Assembly (NCBI GenBank): GCA_963829845.1
Contig: CAWHKD010000012.1
Location: forward strand, 31,859-95,858
Length of the DNA stretch: 64,000 nt
Direction of reading: 5' to 3'
Source: an uncultured Gaiellaceae bacterium
GTDB lineage: Bacteria > Actinomycetota > Thermoleophilia > Gaiellales > Gaiellaceae
Part shown: piece after piece, positions 17,621-26,584 of the stretch
Numbering within the stretch: the stretch's first letter is position 1
Layout of the letters: each line of letters begins with the position of its first letter
Notes under the pieces: model-generated
What the model saw: the letters and a program-made list of their open reading frames with translations, nothing else
The model's database searches: none
Told to the model about the DNA's origin: nothing
Position numbers and translations under genes: made by a program

Positions 17621-18133
17621 CTACGCCGCGGTCGCCGTGCCAGGGAGGTAGCGCTGCCAGACCTGCGGGATCGTCGGCGTCGCCAGGTGGATGAAGAGCA
17701 CCGGGGCCGGCGGTCGCGGCAGGCGCTTCAGGTGTAGGCCCGAATCCTCGAGCAGCCGGTCGCCCTTTCGCAGATTGCAGGGCGCACAGGCCGTGACGAC
17801 GTTCTCCCAGATCGACTCCCCACCCTTCGACCGCGGTACCACGTGATCGAGCGTCAGACGGCCGGACGAGGTGCCGCAGTAGACGCAGCGCCAGCCGTCA
17901 CGAGCGAAGAGCGCCCGGCGCGAGATCTTCCGCTGGATCGCCCGCGGCACCCGGACGTACTGGACGAGGCGGATCACGTGCGGCCAGACGTACGTGTCCG
18001 TCGCGGACCGAAGTCCCTTGGGCAGGCTCTCGAGCACTTCCGCCTTCCCTTTCCAGACGAGCACGTGCGCACGCCGAACCGAGCAGACGTTCAGCGGTTC
18101 GTAACTTGCATTCAGGACGAGGACCTGTTGCAA
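17621..18133 (-). CDS. HNH endonuclease (actinobacterial McrA-like small HNH protein)
   Basis: ORF 17621..18574 trimmed to TTG 18133, giving (M)QQVLVLNASYEPLNV. HNH core CVYCG...LTLDHVVPRSKGG...WENVVTACAPCNLRKG. Confidence 0.75.
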   Translation of the reverse strand: MQQVLVLNASYEPLNVCSVRRAHVLVWKGKAEVLESLPKGLRSATDTYVWPHVIRLVQYVRVPRAIQRKISRRALFARDGWRCVYCGTSSGRLTLDHVVPRSKGGESIWENVVTACAPCNLRKGDRLLEDSGLHLKRLPRPPAPVLFIHLATPTIPQVWQRYLPGTATAA

Positions 18134-18177
18134 CTCGAACAGAGAGTACCAGCGAATCCCGCTGTTTCCGGCCTTTT

Positions 18178-18648
18178 CTAGCGGGCCATCGCCCGCTCGA
18201 CCGCCTCGAGCTCCTCGGGGGAGAGCGCGATCGGCGCGCGGCCCTGGTCGAGCTCCTTCACGTAGATGCGCGCGTAGTCGCGGCCCTGGATCGCGGTCAC
18301 GACCGTGCCCGTCCGGTTGTCGTCGAGGAAGGCGAACGAGGCGGACTGGTGCCCGCCGGTGCCGGCGTAGGCGTCGTAGCGGACGACGGCAGTGTTCGTG
18401 AGCGAGCCGTCGACGCGGCGATCGACCCGCGAGAGACCCGCGGCGATCTCGTCGACGGCCCTGTGGAGATCGTCGATCCGGCCCTGCAGCGAGACGGCGA
18501 AGTCGACGAGGTCGGAGCGGCCGCCGCCGAGCAGCACCCGCTGCGCGTTCCGCAGCCGCCGGACCCGCACCCACATCCAGGCGCAGAGGCCGAGCGCGAC
18601 CACGGCCGCGGCCGCCGCGGCGATCGCGAGGATCAGCTCGGCGCTCAA
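18178..18648 (-). CDS. DUF4446 family membrane-anchored protein
   Basis: Trimmed to TTG 18648, 5 nt after the upstream stop. An N-terminal TM is followed by VVRYDAYAGTGGHQSASFAFLDDNRTGTVVTAIQGRDYARIYVK, typical of DUF4446. Confidence 0.7.
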   Translation of the reverse strand: MSAELILAIAAAAAAVVALGLCAWMWVRVRRLRNAQRVLLGGGRSDLVDFAVSLQGRIDDLHRAVDEIAAGLSRVDRRVDGSLTNTAVVRYDAYAGTGGHQSASFAFLDDNRTGTVVTAIQGRDYARIYVKELDQGRAPIALSPEELEAVERAMAR

Positions 18649-18652
18649 ACCG

Positions 18653-19702
18653 CTACGCCCCCAGGGAGAAGATGATCGGGTACTCGGCGGAGTTGTTGTC
18701 GGTCTTCGCCTCGCCCGGAACCGGCTCGACGTCGATCCGCATGATCCGCCGCTCGCCGAAGTCGACCGACGGGAAGTCCCTGAAGACAACGGTCTTCGAC
18801 TCGTCGGGGTTGATGATGTCGATCGTCTGCTTCTTCACGATCGGGGTCGGGCTCTGTTGGATCGTCAGCGTCACCGGGATCTTGACCTCCTGGCTGTCGC
18901 CGCCGTTCGCGACCGTGACGGCGAAGCCGAGATCGGTCGACGCCTCGACCGTGTTCTCCGTCGACTCCGACAGCGTCTGCCCACCGGGGACCACCTTCAC
19001 CGACTCGATGTTCGTGCCGTGCAGCCCGCTGGGCGTGCCGCCCGTCGAGCCGGACGCTGCGGAGCCGTTGATCCGCTCCCAGATCGGCACCATCGCGCGT
19101 GTGCTGGCGAGGTCCGGCGTCTGGATGAAGTTCGAGTCGGGCACCTCGACGCCGCTGATCTCCTCGTTCCGCAGCACGATCACCGACGGCTCCTTGAAGA
19201 GGTCGTCCCAGACGACATCGCTGGCGACGAACCGCTCGGCCTGCGAGGCGAGCAGCGCACCTGCCGCCGCGGCGTCCTTCGTGCCTTGCGTTCGTCTGAA
19301 CGCCTCCGCAAGCCCGGCGAGGCCGTCGGCGCGGAACACCAGCGCTTCGACCGCTCGCTCGTGCGCGTCGAGCAGCGGCCCGGGCGGATCGAGCTTGCGC
19401 GCGCGGTCGACGCCGATCTCCTGCTGCTGAGCGAGGCCCGTCAACTGCTTCTGCAGCTCGGCCGGCTTGATCCCGGGAGTCGTCAACACGTCGCTGAGCT
19501 CGCGGCCGACGCGCTCCGAGTCGCGCGCGACGGCGGACATGCTCGTCATGTAGTCGCTGTAGGCGTCGTGCTTCTTGTCCTCCTGGCAGCTCTGGACCCA
19601 GAGCAGCAGCAAGACGACGATCAGGATCGCGAACGCGATCAGGCCGAGCAGGCGCAGCAGCGGCGTGAAGCCGGTACGCGGCCGCATCGGCCCTCGCGGC
19701 AT
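18653..19702 (-). CDS. membrane-anchored protein with a C-terminal CARDB-like beta-sandwich; the N-terminus possibly extends to 19802 across a frameshift
   Basis: R/P-rich N-terminus plus TM LLRLLGLIAFAILIVVLLLLW. C-terminal FAVTVANGGDSQEVKIPVTLTI...VEPVPGEAKTDNNSAEY is CARDB-like. A separate frame opens at ATG 19802 with MSSRDTDFEFDFFEEPETQEAP. Confidence 0.65.
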   Translation of the reverse strand: MPRGPMRPRTGFTPLLRLLGLIAFAILIVVLLLLWVQSCQEDKKHDAYSDYMTSMSAVARDSERVGRELSDVLTTPGIKPAELQKQLTGLAQQQEIGVDRARKLDPPGPLLDAHERAVEALVFRADGLAGLAEAFRRTQGTKDAAAAGALLASQAERFVASDVVWDDLFKEPSVIVLRNEEISGVEVPDSNFIQTPDLASTRAMVPIWERINGSAASGSTGGTPSGLHGTNIESVKVVPGGQTLSESTENTVEASTDLGFAVTVANGGDSQEVKIPVTLTIQQSPTPIVKKQTIDIINPDESKTVVFRDFPSVDFGERRIMRIDVEPVPGEAKTDNNSAEYPIIFSLGA

Positions 19703-19903
19703 CCGGGGGCCGCGGCGCGCAACGGTCGCTCCGCCCCGGCGCCTCCTGCGTCTCGGGCTCCTCGAAGAAGTCGAACTCGAAATCAGTGTCGCGACTGCTC
19801 ATAACAGGCGGTGGAACCCGGCCACTGTAACGGGTGCCCCGGTCGTGACCGTGCGGTGGAAGCGGCAGGAAATGCTGCTGCGGCGGCCAACCCGGGAAAC
19901 GAC

Positions 19904-21488
19904 GTGTCCGCCGCTGCTCATGCGCTCCCTCGCGGGGAGCTCGTCCTCGACCGCTACCGCCCCCTCCGCCCGCTCGGCAGCGGCGGCTCAGGTTCGGTCT
20001 GGCTTGCGCGCGACGAGCGAAACGGGCTCGACGTGGCGCTCAAGATCGTCCCGCGCGAAGGGAAGGCGGCGGATCGCGCCGAGCGCGAGGCGGAGGCCGC
20101 TGCACGGCTCCGACACGAGCGCTGCCTGCGCGCGTACGGCTTCGGCTCCGACTCCGGTCACGTCTACATCGCCTATGAGTATGTCGGGGGCCAGACGCTC
20201 CGCGATGCGATGCGCGGCGGCGCGCTCCGCGACGGCCAGGCGGTCGAAGCTGCGGCGCAGATCCTCGACGGGCTCGCGCATGCGCACAGCCGCGGGATCG
20301 TGCATCGCGACGTCAAGCCGTCGAATGTGCTTCTCGCCGAGGATGACGGGATCTCGGTTCGGCTGCTCGACTTCGGGCTCGCGCAGTTCGACGAGGCCGA
20401 GACGCTGACTGCGGTCGGCGACGTGCCCGGCACCCTTGCGTACATCTCGCCCGAGCGACTGCGAGGCGAAGAGGCGTGCTCGGCGAGCGACGTCTGGGCC
20501 GTCGGGATCCTGCTCTGGGAGGCGCTCGCGGGCAAGCATCCGTTCTGGGGCGTTCCGCTGCCGCAGATGGCGGGAACGATCGAGGCCGGCTGCCCATCGT
20601 TGCAGCCAGAGCGCCCCGACTTGCCGAAGCGGTTGCTCAGCGCGATCTCCCACGCACTCGCGCCCGATCCGGCGAGAAGGCCTCCGGCCGCGGCCCTGGC
20701 GAAAGAGCTTCGGTCCGCGCTCGCGGGCGACAAGCGCTCGGCGAACGTCGAGCGCGTCTCCCCGCGCGCGCTCGCGGAGTGCGTGGCTCCCGCCGCGGTC
20801 GCCGGCGTCGCTGCCCTCGTCGGCGGGACGGCGCTCCCGTTCTATCCGACCGGCTGGGCGGCCGCCCTCGCCGCGGCGACTGCGTTCACGGCGTTCCGGG
20901 CGCCCCGTGCCGGCCTCGCGCTCGCGCTGGCCGCGCCGGTGCTACCACTCGGCAACTACGCGCTCGGACTGGCGCTGCTGTACGCCGTGCTCGCACTCGG
21001 CTGGCTGGCGCTCTGCTGGCGGGACGCGCGGTGGGGCCTCGCCTTCCTCGCAGGACCGGTGCTCGCCGCGGTCGGGTTGCTGGCGCTCGTGCCACTCGTG
21101 ATGGTCGGAATGGCGAGTGCCGCGCGGCGCGCCGCCCACACGCTCGCTGCTGTCGCGGTCGCCGCGGTCGTCGCCGGACTGCGCGGGGTCGAGCTTCCCT
21201 TCGGCCAGGGGCTCGCACCGCCGCTCGACCTCGAGGGCGTCGAGAGTGCCGTGACGGCCGCCCGCGTGCTGATCAACGCCGCTCCGGCCGGTGCTCGCAC
21301 TGGTGGCGCTCGCGCTCGCGGCGGTCGCAGCGGCGCTGCCGTACGCCCGAACGCCGTGGCGGCTTGCCGGTCTCGGTGCAGGGATGCTCGCAGCCACACT
21401 CCTCCTCGCTCCGGCCGGGCCTGCCCTTCCCGTCGTGCTCGCCGCGTGGCTCATGGTGGGCGGACTGGCGCTCAAGTCCGAGCATTAG
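19904..21488 (+). pseudogene. Ser/Thr protein kinase with a polytopic membrane C-terminal domain; one +1 frameshift near 21287-21290 as assembled
   Basis: Kinase motifs GSGGSGSVWLA, ALK, HRDVKPSN, DFG and PGTLAYISPE are followed by many TM segments. After ...VLINAAP the frame switches to ORF 21291..21488 (VLALVALALAAVAAALPY...LMVGGLALKSEH), which stops 33 nt before fhaA. The unshifted frame runs 125 nt into fhaA as R/A-rich junk. The 1585-nt span minus 1 equals 528 codons. The start (GTG 19904) is uncertain. Confidence 0.8.
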
Positions 21489-21521
21489 ACTCGTGTTCCG
21501 GGGGCATGACTCCCCGACCGC

Positions 21522-22307
21522 ATGAGCGTCCTCCGGAGCATCGAGCAGAAGATCGAAGGCCTCTTCGAGGGGATGTTCGGTCGCGCCTTTCGCACGCACG
21601 TCCAGCCGGTCGAGCTGGCGCGCAAGCTCGCGAAGGAGATGGATGAGCACCGGACGATCTCCGTCTCGCGCGTGTACGTCCCGAACGAGTACTCGGTCTA
21701 CTTGTCCGAGACGGACCGGGAGCAGTTCACCGGCTACGAGGGCTCACTGGTCGGCGAGCTGCAGGATCACCTGATCGAACATGCGCGCCGCGAGAGCTAC
21801 GCGATGCTGACGCCGCCGAAGGTGCTGATGCTGACCGACGCCGATCTCTCGATCGGCGAGTTCGGGATCGCGACACGCATGGTGCAGCCGGAGGGCCGTC
21901 GGGAGCCGCAGCTGGACGAGCCGGACGCCCAGATCGAGCCGGGCGCGACGATGATCTACAAGGCGAAGCCGCCGCAGCCGACCGAGGCCGTGTCGCCGGC
22001 CGAGCTGGGCGTCGAGAACGAGATCTTCTCGCTGACGATGAACGGGCGCACGCACGCGCTCGAGGGCGCCAAGGTCGTGCTCGGCCGCTCGAAGGACAGC
22101 GATATCCAGGTCGAGGACGCAAACGTGTCACGCCGGCACGCCGAGTTGCGCCGCGAAGGCGCCGGCTGGTGGCTCGTCGACCTCGGCTCGACTAATGGGA
22201 CCGAGCTGAACGGGAAACGCGTCCAGCGCTCGAAGCTCGAGGACGGCGACACGATCACCCTCGGCGCGACCGAGCTTGTCTTCGGCAAGCGGACGGTCAA
22301 GGCTTGA
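21522..22307 (+). CDS. fhaA: FhaA-like protein (DUF3662 N-domain plus C-terminal FHA domain)
   Basis: MSVLRSIEQKIEGLFEGMFGRAF...; FHA core GRSKDSDIQVEDANVSRRHAELRREGAGWWLVDLGSTNGT. Confidence 0.9.
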   Translation: MSVLRSIEQKIEGLFEGMFGRAFRTHVQPVELARKLAKEMDEHRTISVSRVYVPNEYSVYLSETDREQFTGYEGSLVGELQDHLIEHARRESYAMLTPPKVLMLTDADLSIGEFGIATRMVQPEGRREPQLDEPDAQIEPGATMIYKAKPPQPTEAVSPAELGVENEIFSLTMNGRTHALEGAKVVLGRSKDSDIQVEDANVSRRHAELRREGAGWWLVDLGSTNGTELNGKRVQRSKLEDGDTITLGATELVFGKRTVKA

Positions 22308-22780
22308 ACATTGCCGTCGACGAGGCATTGCTCGTCCTCAAGATCGGCTTCATCGTCCTGCTCTACCTCTTCATCTGGCGGATCGTCCGCAGCGCGAGCC
22401 GGGACCTCCGCGCCGGGCCGGCGCAGGAGAGCGTGATCATCGGTCCTGGTGAGGCGGCAAGCCTCGGGCTCACGACCGGCAAGCGCGCGAAGCTGGTCGT
22501 GGTCAAGAGCCCGGCGCTCGACGCGGGCGAGGAAGTGCCGGTCGACGCGATGCCGGTCGCGGTCGGGCGCGGGGGCCAGAACGAGGTGCCGCTCGAGGGA
22601 GACGAGTTCGCGTCCGCCCAGCACGCGCGCTTCGAGTCCAAGCGAGACGGGCTCTGGGTCGAGGACATCGGCTCGACGAACGGCACCTTCGTCAACGGGG
22701 CACGGGTGACGACGCCGAGACGGCTCGCCAAGGGTGACGTCGTGCGTGTCGGCCAGACGGACTTCCGGGTGGAAGTCTGA
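22304..22780 (+). CDS. fhaB: FhaB-like membrane-anchored FHA domain protein
   Basis: TTG start overlaps the fhaA stop (TTGA). An N-terminal TM is followed by the FHA core GRGGQNEVPLEGDEFASAQHARF...VEDIGSTNGT. Confidence 0.88.
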   Translation: MNIAVDEALLVLKIGFIVLLYLFIWRIVRSASRDLRAGPAQESVIIGPGEAASLGLTTGKRAKLVVVKSPALDAGEEVPVDAMPVAVGRGGQNEVPLEGDEFASAQHARFESKRDGLWVEDIGSTNGTFVNGARVTTPRRLAKGDVVRVGQTDFRVEV

Positions 22781-23754
22781 TGCTGGCCGGATTCGCAGGC
22801 GTCACCGACCCCGGCCGCAGGCGCCGCCGGAACGAGGACGCGTACGTCTGCCAGCCGCCGCTGTTCGCGATCGCGGACGGAATGGGCGGCGCCCAGGCGG
22901 GCGAGGTCGCGTCCGGCCTTGCCGCGGCGGTGCTCGAGGAGGCGACCGGCGACGAGCGCGGCGAAGAGCGCGTCTCGTCGCTGATCCAGGAGGCGAACCG
23001 GCGCGTGTTCCAGCGCTCGAACGAGGACGCGGCGACGTCGGGGATGGGGACGACGATGACGGTCGCCCTCCTCGACAACACCGACGGGACGATCGCTTTC
23101 GGTCACGTCGGCGACTCCCGCGCGTATCGCGTCCGCGGCGGCGAGTTGGAGCAGCTGACCGACGATCACTCGCTCGTCGGCGAGCTGGTCCGCAGCGGCA
23201 GGCTCTCGCCCGAGGAGGCGGAGTCCCATCCGCAGCGCTCGGTGATCACGCGCGCGCTCGGGACCGAGCCGGACGTGGACGTCGACACGTTCACCGTCGA
23301 GGTGGAGCCGGGCGACATCTACCTGCTCTGCTCCGACGGGCTCACCGACATGATCTCGACGCGCGACATCCTCGGCGCGGTCGAGGACAGCCGCGACCTC
23401 GACGACACCGCCCGGTCGTTGGTCGATGCCGCCAACGTCGGCGGCGGCGAGGACAACATCACGGTCGTGCTCTTCGGGATCGCCGGCGTCCAAGACGCAG
23501 ATGATCTCGGCCAGACGGCCCGGCTGCCCGCACCGGTGGACGACGACGACGAGAACACGCTCTCGCCGCTCGACGCCGTTCCGGCCGTCGACACGGCGGT
23601 GATTCCCGCCGCCGTCGTCGAGGAGCATCTGCGGCAGGTCGAGGCGGAGTCACCGAGCCGGCCCGAGCCACGCCGCCGGATCCTGCCGCTCGTGGTGCTG
23701 ATCGTCCTGCTGGTGGCGCTGATCGCGCTCGCACTCTGGGGATTGACCCGCTGA
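22780..23754 (+). CDS. pstP: PP2C-family Ser/Thr phosphatase with a C-terminal TM anchor
   Basis: RRNEDAY, AIADGMGG and CSDGLTD motifs; C-terminal ILPLVVLIVLLVALIALALW. Confidence 0.92.
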   Translation: MLAGFAGVTDPGRRRRRNEDAYVCQPPLFAIADGMGGAQAGEVASGLAAAVLEEATGDERGEERVSSLIQEANRRVFQRSNEDAATSGMGTTMTVALLDNTDGTIAFGHVGDSRAYRVRGGELEQLTDDHSLVGELVRSGRLSPEEAESHPQRSVITRALGTEPDVDVDTFTVEVEPGDIYLLCSDGLTDMISTRDILGAVEDSRDLDDTARSLVDAANVGGGEDNITVVLFGIAGVQDADDLGQTARLPAPVDDDDENTLSPLDAVPAVDTAVIPAAVVEEHLRQVEAESPSRPEPRRRILPLVVLIVLLVALIALALWGLTR

Positions 23755-23767
23755 TCGCTGAGCACCG

Positions 23768-25090
23768 ATGTCACTGAGAAACCGCGAGCTGCTGAACCTG
23801 GTCGCCGTGGGCCTGCTCACGGCGATCGGCTTTGCGAGCGTCTACATCGCCAGGTCAGAGCCGTCGGAGCTCGGCGCCGGCTCGCTCACCTACGCCGGGA
23901 TCTTCATGGCCCTCTACCTGGCGGCGCACTTCGTCATCCGCTACGCAGCGCCCTACGCCGATCCGGTGCTCCTGCCGCTGGCTGCGCTGCTCTCTGCGAT
24001 CGGTGTGACGCTGATCTACCGGCTGAACCCGGACGACGCCTTCCGCCAGAGCCTGTGGATCGTGATCGGCGTCGTGCTCTTCTCGCTGACGCTCGTCGCG
24101 TTCCGCCGCGACTACCGGATCCTCGAGCAATACAAGTACCTGTTCGGGATCACAGCGATCCTGCTGATGATGCTGCCGGCGCTGCCGGGCATCGGGCAGA
24201 CAATCAACGGCGCGCGGCTGTGGGTGAAGGTGGGTTCGTTCCAGTTCCAGCCGGGCGAACTGGCGAAGATCTTCCTGATCGTCTTTCTCGCCGGCTACCT
24301 GCGTGACAAACGCGAGGTGCTCGCCCAGGGGCGGCTGAAGGACTTCGGGCCGCTGCTCCTGATCTGGGGCGCGGCGATGCTCGTGCTCGTCCAGACCAAC
24401 GACCTCGGCAGCGCGCTGCTCCAGTTCGGGATCTTCCTGGCGATGCTCTACGTCGCCACCGCGCGCGCCGCCTACGCGCTCGCCGGTCTCGCGCTCTTCG
24501 TCGGGGGTGCGGCATTCGTCTACCGCTACGTCTCGCACGTCCAGGAGCGCGTGACGATCTGGCTCAACCCGTGGACCGACGACCCCGTCTTCTGCGCTCA
24601 GACCGGCGAGCTCGCCCTCCGCCAGGACTGCGGCTCCTTCCAGCTCGTGAAGAGCCTCTACTCGATCGGCAACGGCGGCTTCGCCGGCACGGGACTCGGC
24701 AAGGGGACGTTCACGACCACGAACGGCGACCCGATCATCCCCTACCTCAACACCGATTTCATCTACTCCGCGATTGCCCAGGAGCTCGGGCTCGTCGGCG
24801 CCGCCGGCCTCCTACTCGTCTTCATGCTCTTCGTCGCCCGTGGCTTCCGCGTCGCGCTGCTGGCCGACGACGGCTTCTCGAAGCTGCTCGCCGCCGGGCT
24901 CACCTTCGGCTTCGCGCTGCAGACGTTCATCATCGTCGGCGGCGTCCTGCGGGTGATCCCGCTGACCGGAATCACGCTCCCGTTCGTCTCCTACGGCGGC
25001 TCCAGCGTCGTCGCCAACTTCATCCTGCTGGCGCTGCTACTGCTCGTTTCCAACCGCGCGAACATGCAGGTCGCACGGGGTCGGACATGA
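23768..25090 (+). CDS. rodA: FtsW/RodA/SpoVE family peptidoglycan polymerase
   Basis: 440 aa and polytopic. QPGELAKI and TGITLPFVSYGGSS are SEDS hallmarks. Confidence 0.92.
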   Translation: MSLRNRELLNLVAVGLLTAIGFASVYIARSEPSELGAGSLTYAGIFMALYLAAHFVIRYAAPYADPVLLPLAALLSAIGVTLIYRLNPDDAFRQSLWIVIGVVLFSLTLVAFRRDYRILEQYKYLFGITAILLMMLPALPGIGQTINGARLWVKVGSFQFQPGELAKIFLIVFLAGYLRDKREVLAQGRLKDFGPLLLIWGAAMLVLVQTNDLGSALLQFGIFLAMLYVATARAAYALAGLALFVGGAAFVYRYVSHVQERVTIWLNPWTDDPVFCAQTGELALRQDCGSFQLVKSLYSIGNGGFAGTGLGKGTFTTTNGDPIIPYLNTDFIYSAIAQELGLVGAAGLLLVFMLFVARGFRVALLADDGFSKLLAAGLTFGFALQTFIIVGGVLRVIPLTGITLPFVSYGGSSVVANFILLALLLLVSNRANMQVARGRT

Positions 25091-25100
25091 CGGGCCGCAC

Positions 25101-26573
25101 GTGAACAAGCAGATCACGCGGCTCGCGCTCACCGGCGTCGGGATGATCGTCGCCCTCGTCGTCGCGACCACGTACTGGCAGGCGTGGGCGGCGGGCGACC
25201 TCGCCGACCGGCAGGACAACCAGATCGAGCGGGTCGCGCAGTTCACGATCGACCGTGGCGAGATCCGCGGCAACGGGGTCATCTGGGCGACGAACCGGCA
25301 GGAGAAGAAGGGCGGCCGCACGTTCTACTTCCGCGTCTACCCGCAGCGCGGGCTCGCCGCCCACGTCGTCGGCTATTCGACGCAGGAGCGCTTCCGCACG
25401 GGTCTGGAGCGTTCCATGAACGACTACCTGACCGGCCAGAACGCGAACCTCTCGACCGTGCTCGAGACCTTCGTCGACAAGGCGAAGGGCGCGACGATCC
25501 AGGGCAATGCGCTCCGGCTGACGCTCATCCCGCGGGCGCAGCGGGCCGCCCAGAACGCGCTCGGCGGCCGCTGCGGTGCGGTGGTCGCGCTCGAGCCCCA
25601 GACCGGGAAGGTGCTGGCGATGTACTCCTCGCCGACCTACGACCCGAATCTCGTCGAGAAGAACTTCGGCCGGGTCACCGGCGTCCTGGCCGAGTGCAGG
25701 CGGCCCGATGCGCTGCTGAACCGTGCCACCGCCGGCCTCTACGCCCCGGGCTCGACCTTCAAAGTCGTGACCGCGTCCGCGGCGATCGACTCGGGCCGGT
25801 ACACGCCCGACTCCAGCTTCGTCGACCCCGGCTACTGCGAGGTGTACGGCAAGCGCGTGAACAACTACGACACCTCACGCCCATTCGGTCGGCTCGACCT
25901 GCACACGGCGCTCGTCAACTCGGTCAACTCCGTCTTCTGCAACATCGGCAAGGAGCTGGGCGCCCGGTTCCTCGTCAGCTACATGAAGAAGTTCGGCTTC
26001 TACGCGCTGCCACCGCTGGAGACGCCGGCGGACGAGCGCGCACCCAGCGGCATCTACAAGGGCACGAAGCTCTTCGACCCGGCGGCGGACACCGACGTCG
26101 ATCCCGGCCGGCTGGCGTTCGGACAGGAGCGGCTGCTGGTGACGCCGCTGCAGATGGCGATGGTCGCGGCGACAATCGCAAACGACGGCGTCGTGATGAA
26201 GCCGCAGGTGATCGACCGGATCGTCGCGCCGGACGGACGGGTCCTCGTCCGCTCGAAGCCGGAGGTGCTCGACCGCGCGATCAAGACCGAAACCGCACGG
26301 GCGGTCGGGGCGATGATGAAGGACGCGGTCGAGGAGGGCACGGGGACGGCGGCCCAGATCTCGGGCGTCAGCGTCGCCGGCAAGACCGGCACCGCCGAGA
26401 CCGGGATCGCCGGGCTGAACACGACGTGGTTCATCAGCTACGCGGGCAAGAACCGCCCGCAAGTCGCGATCGCAGCCGTCGTCGAGCAGCAGAACTCGAC
26501 CGGCGGCCAGATCGCCGCGCCTGTCGCCCGGGAGGTCTTGCAGGCGATTCTCGGGTCCACGGCGAACTCCTAA
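25101..26573 (+). CDS. pbpA: class B penicillin-binding protein (transpeptidase)
   Basis: GTG start with an N-terminal TM. Motifs STFK (APGSTFKV), SVN and KTGT. Confidence 0.92.
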   Translation: MNKQITRLALTGVGMIVALVVATTYWQAWAAGDLADRQDNQIERVAQFTIDRGEIRGNGVIWATNRQEKKGGRTFYFRVYPQRGLAAHVVGYSTQERFRTGLERSMNDYLTGQNANLSTVLETFVDKAKGATIQGNALRLTLIPRAQRAAQNALGGRCGAVVALEPQTGKVLAMYSSPTYDPNLVEKNFGRVTGVLAECRRPDALLNRATAGLYAPGSTFKVVTASAAIDSGRYTPDSSFVDPGYCEVYGKRVNNYDTSRPFGRLDLHTALVNSVNSVFCNIGKELGARFLVSYMKKFGFYALPPLETPADERAPSGIYKGTKLFDPAADTDVDPGRLAFGQERLLVTPLQMAMVAATIANDGVVMKPQVIDRIVAPDGRVLVRSKPEVLDRAIKTETARAVGAMMKDAVEEGTGTAAQISGVSVAGKTGTAETGIAGLNTTWFISYAGKNRPQVAIAAVVEQQNSTGGQIAAPVAREVLQAILGSTANS

Positions 26574-26584
26574 CCTGTCTTTTT

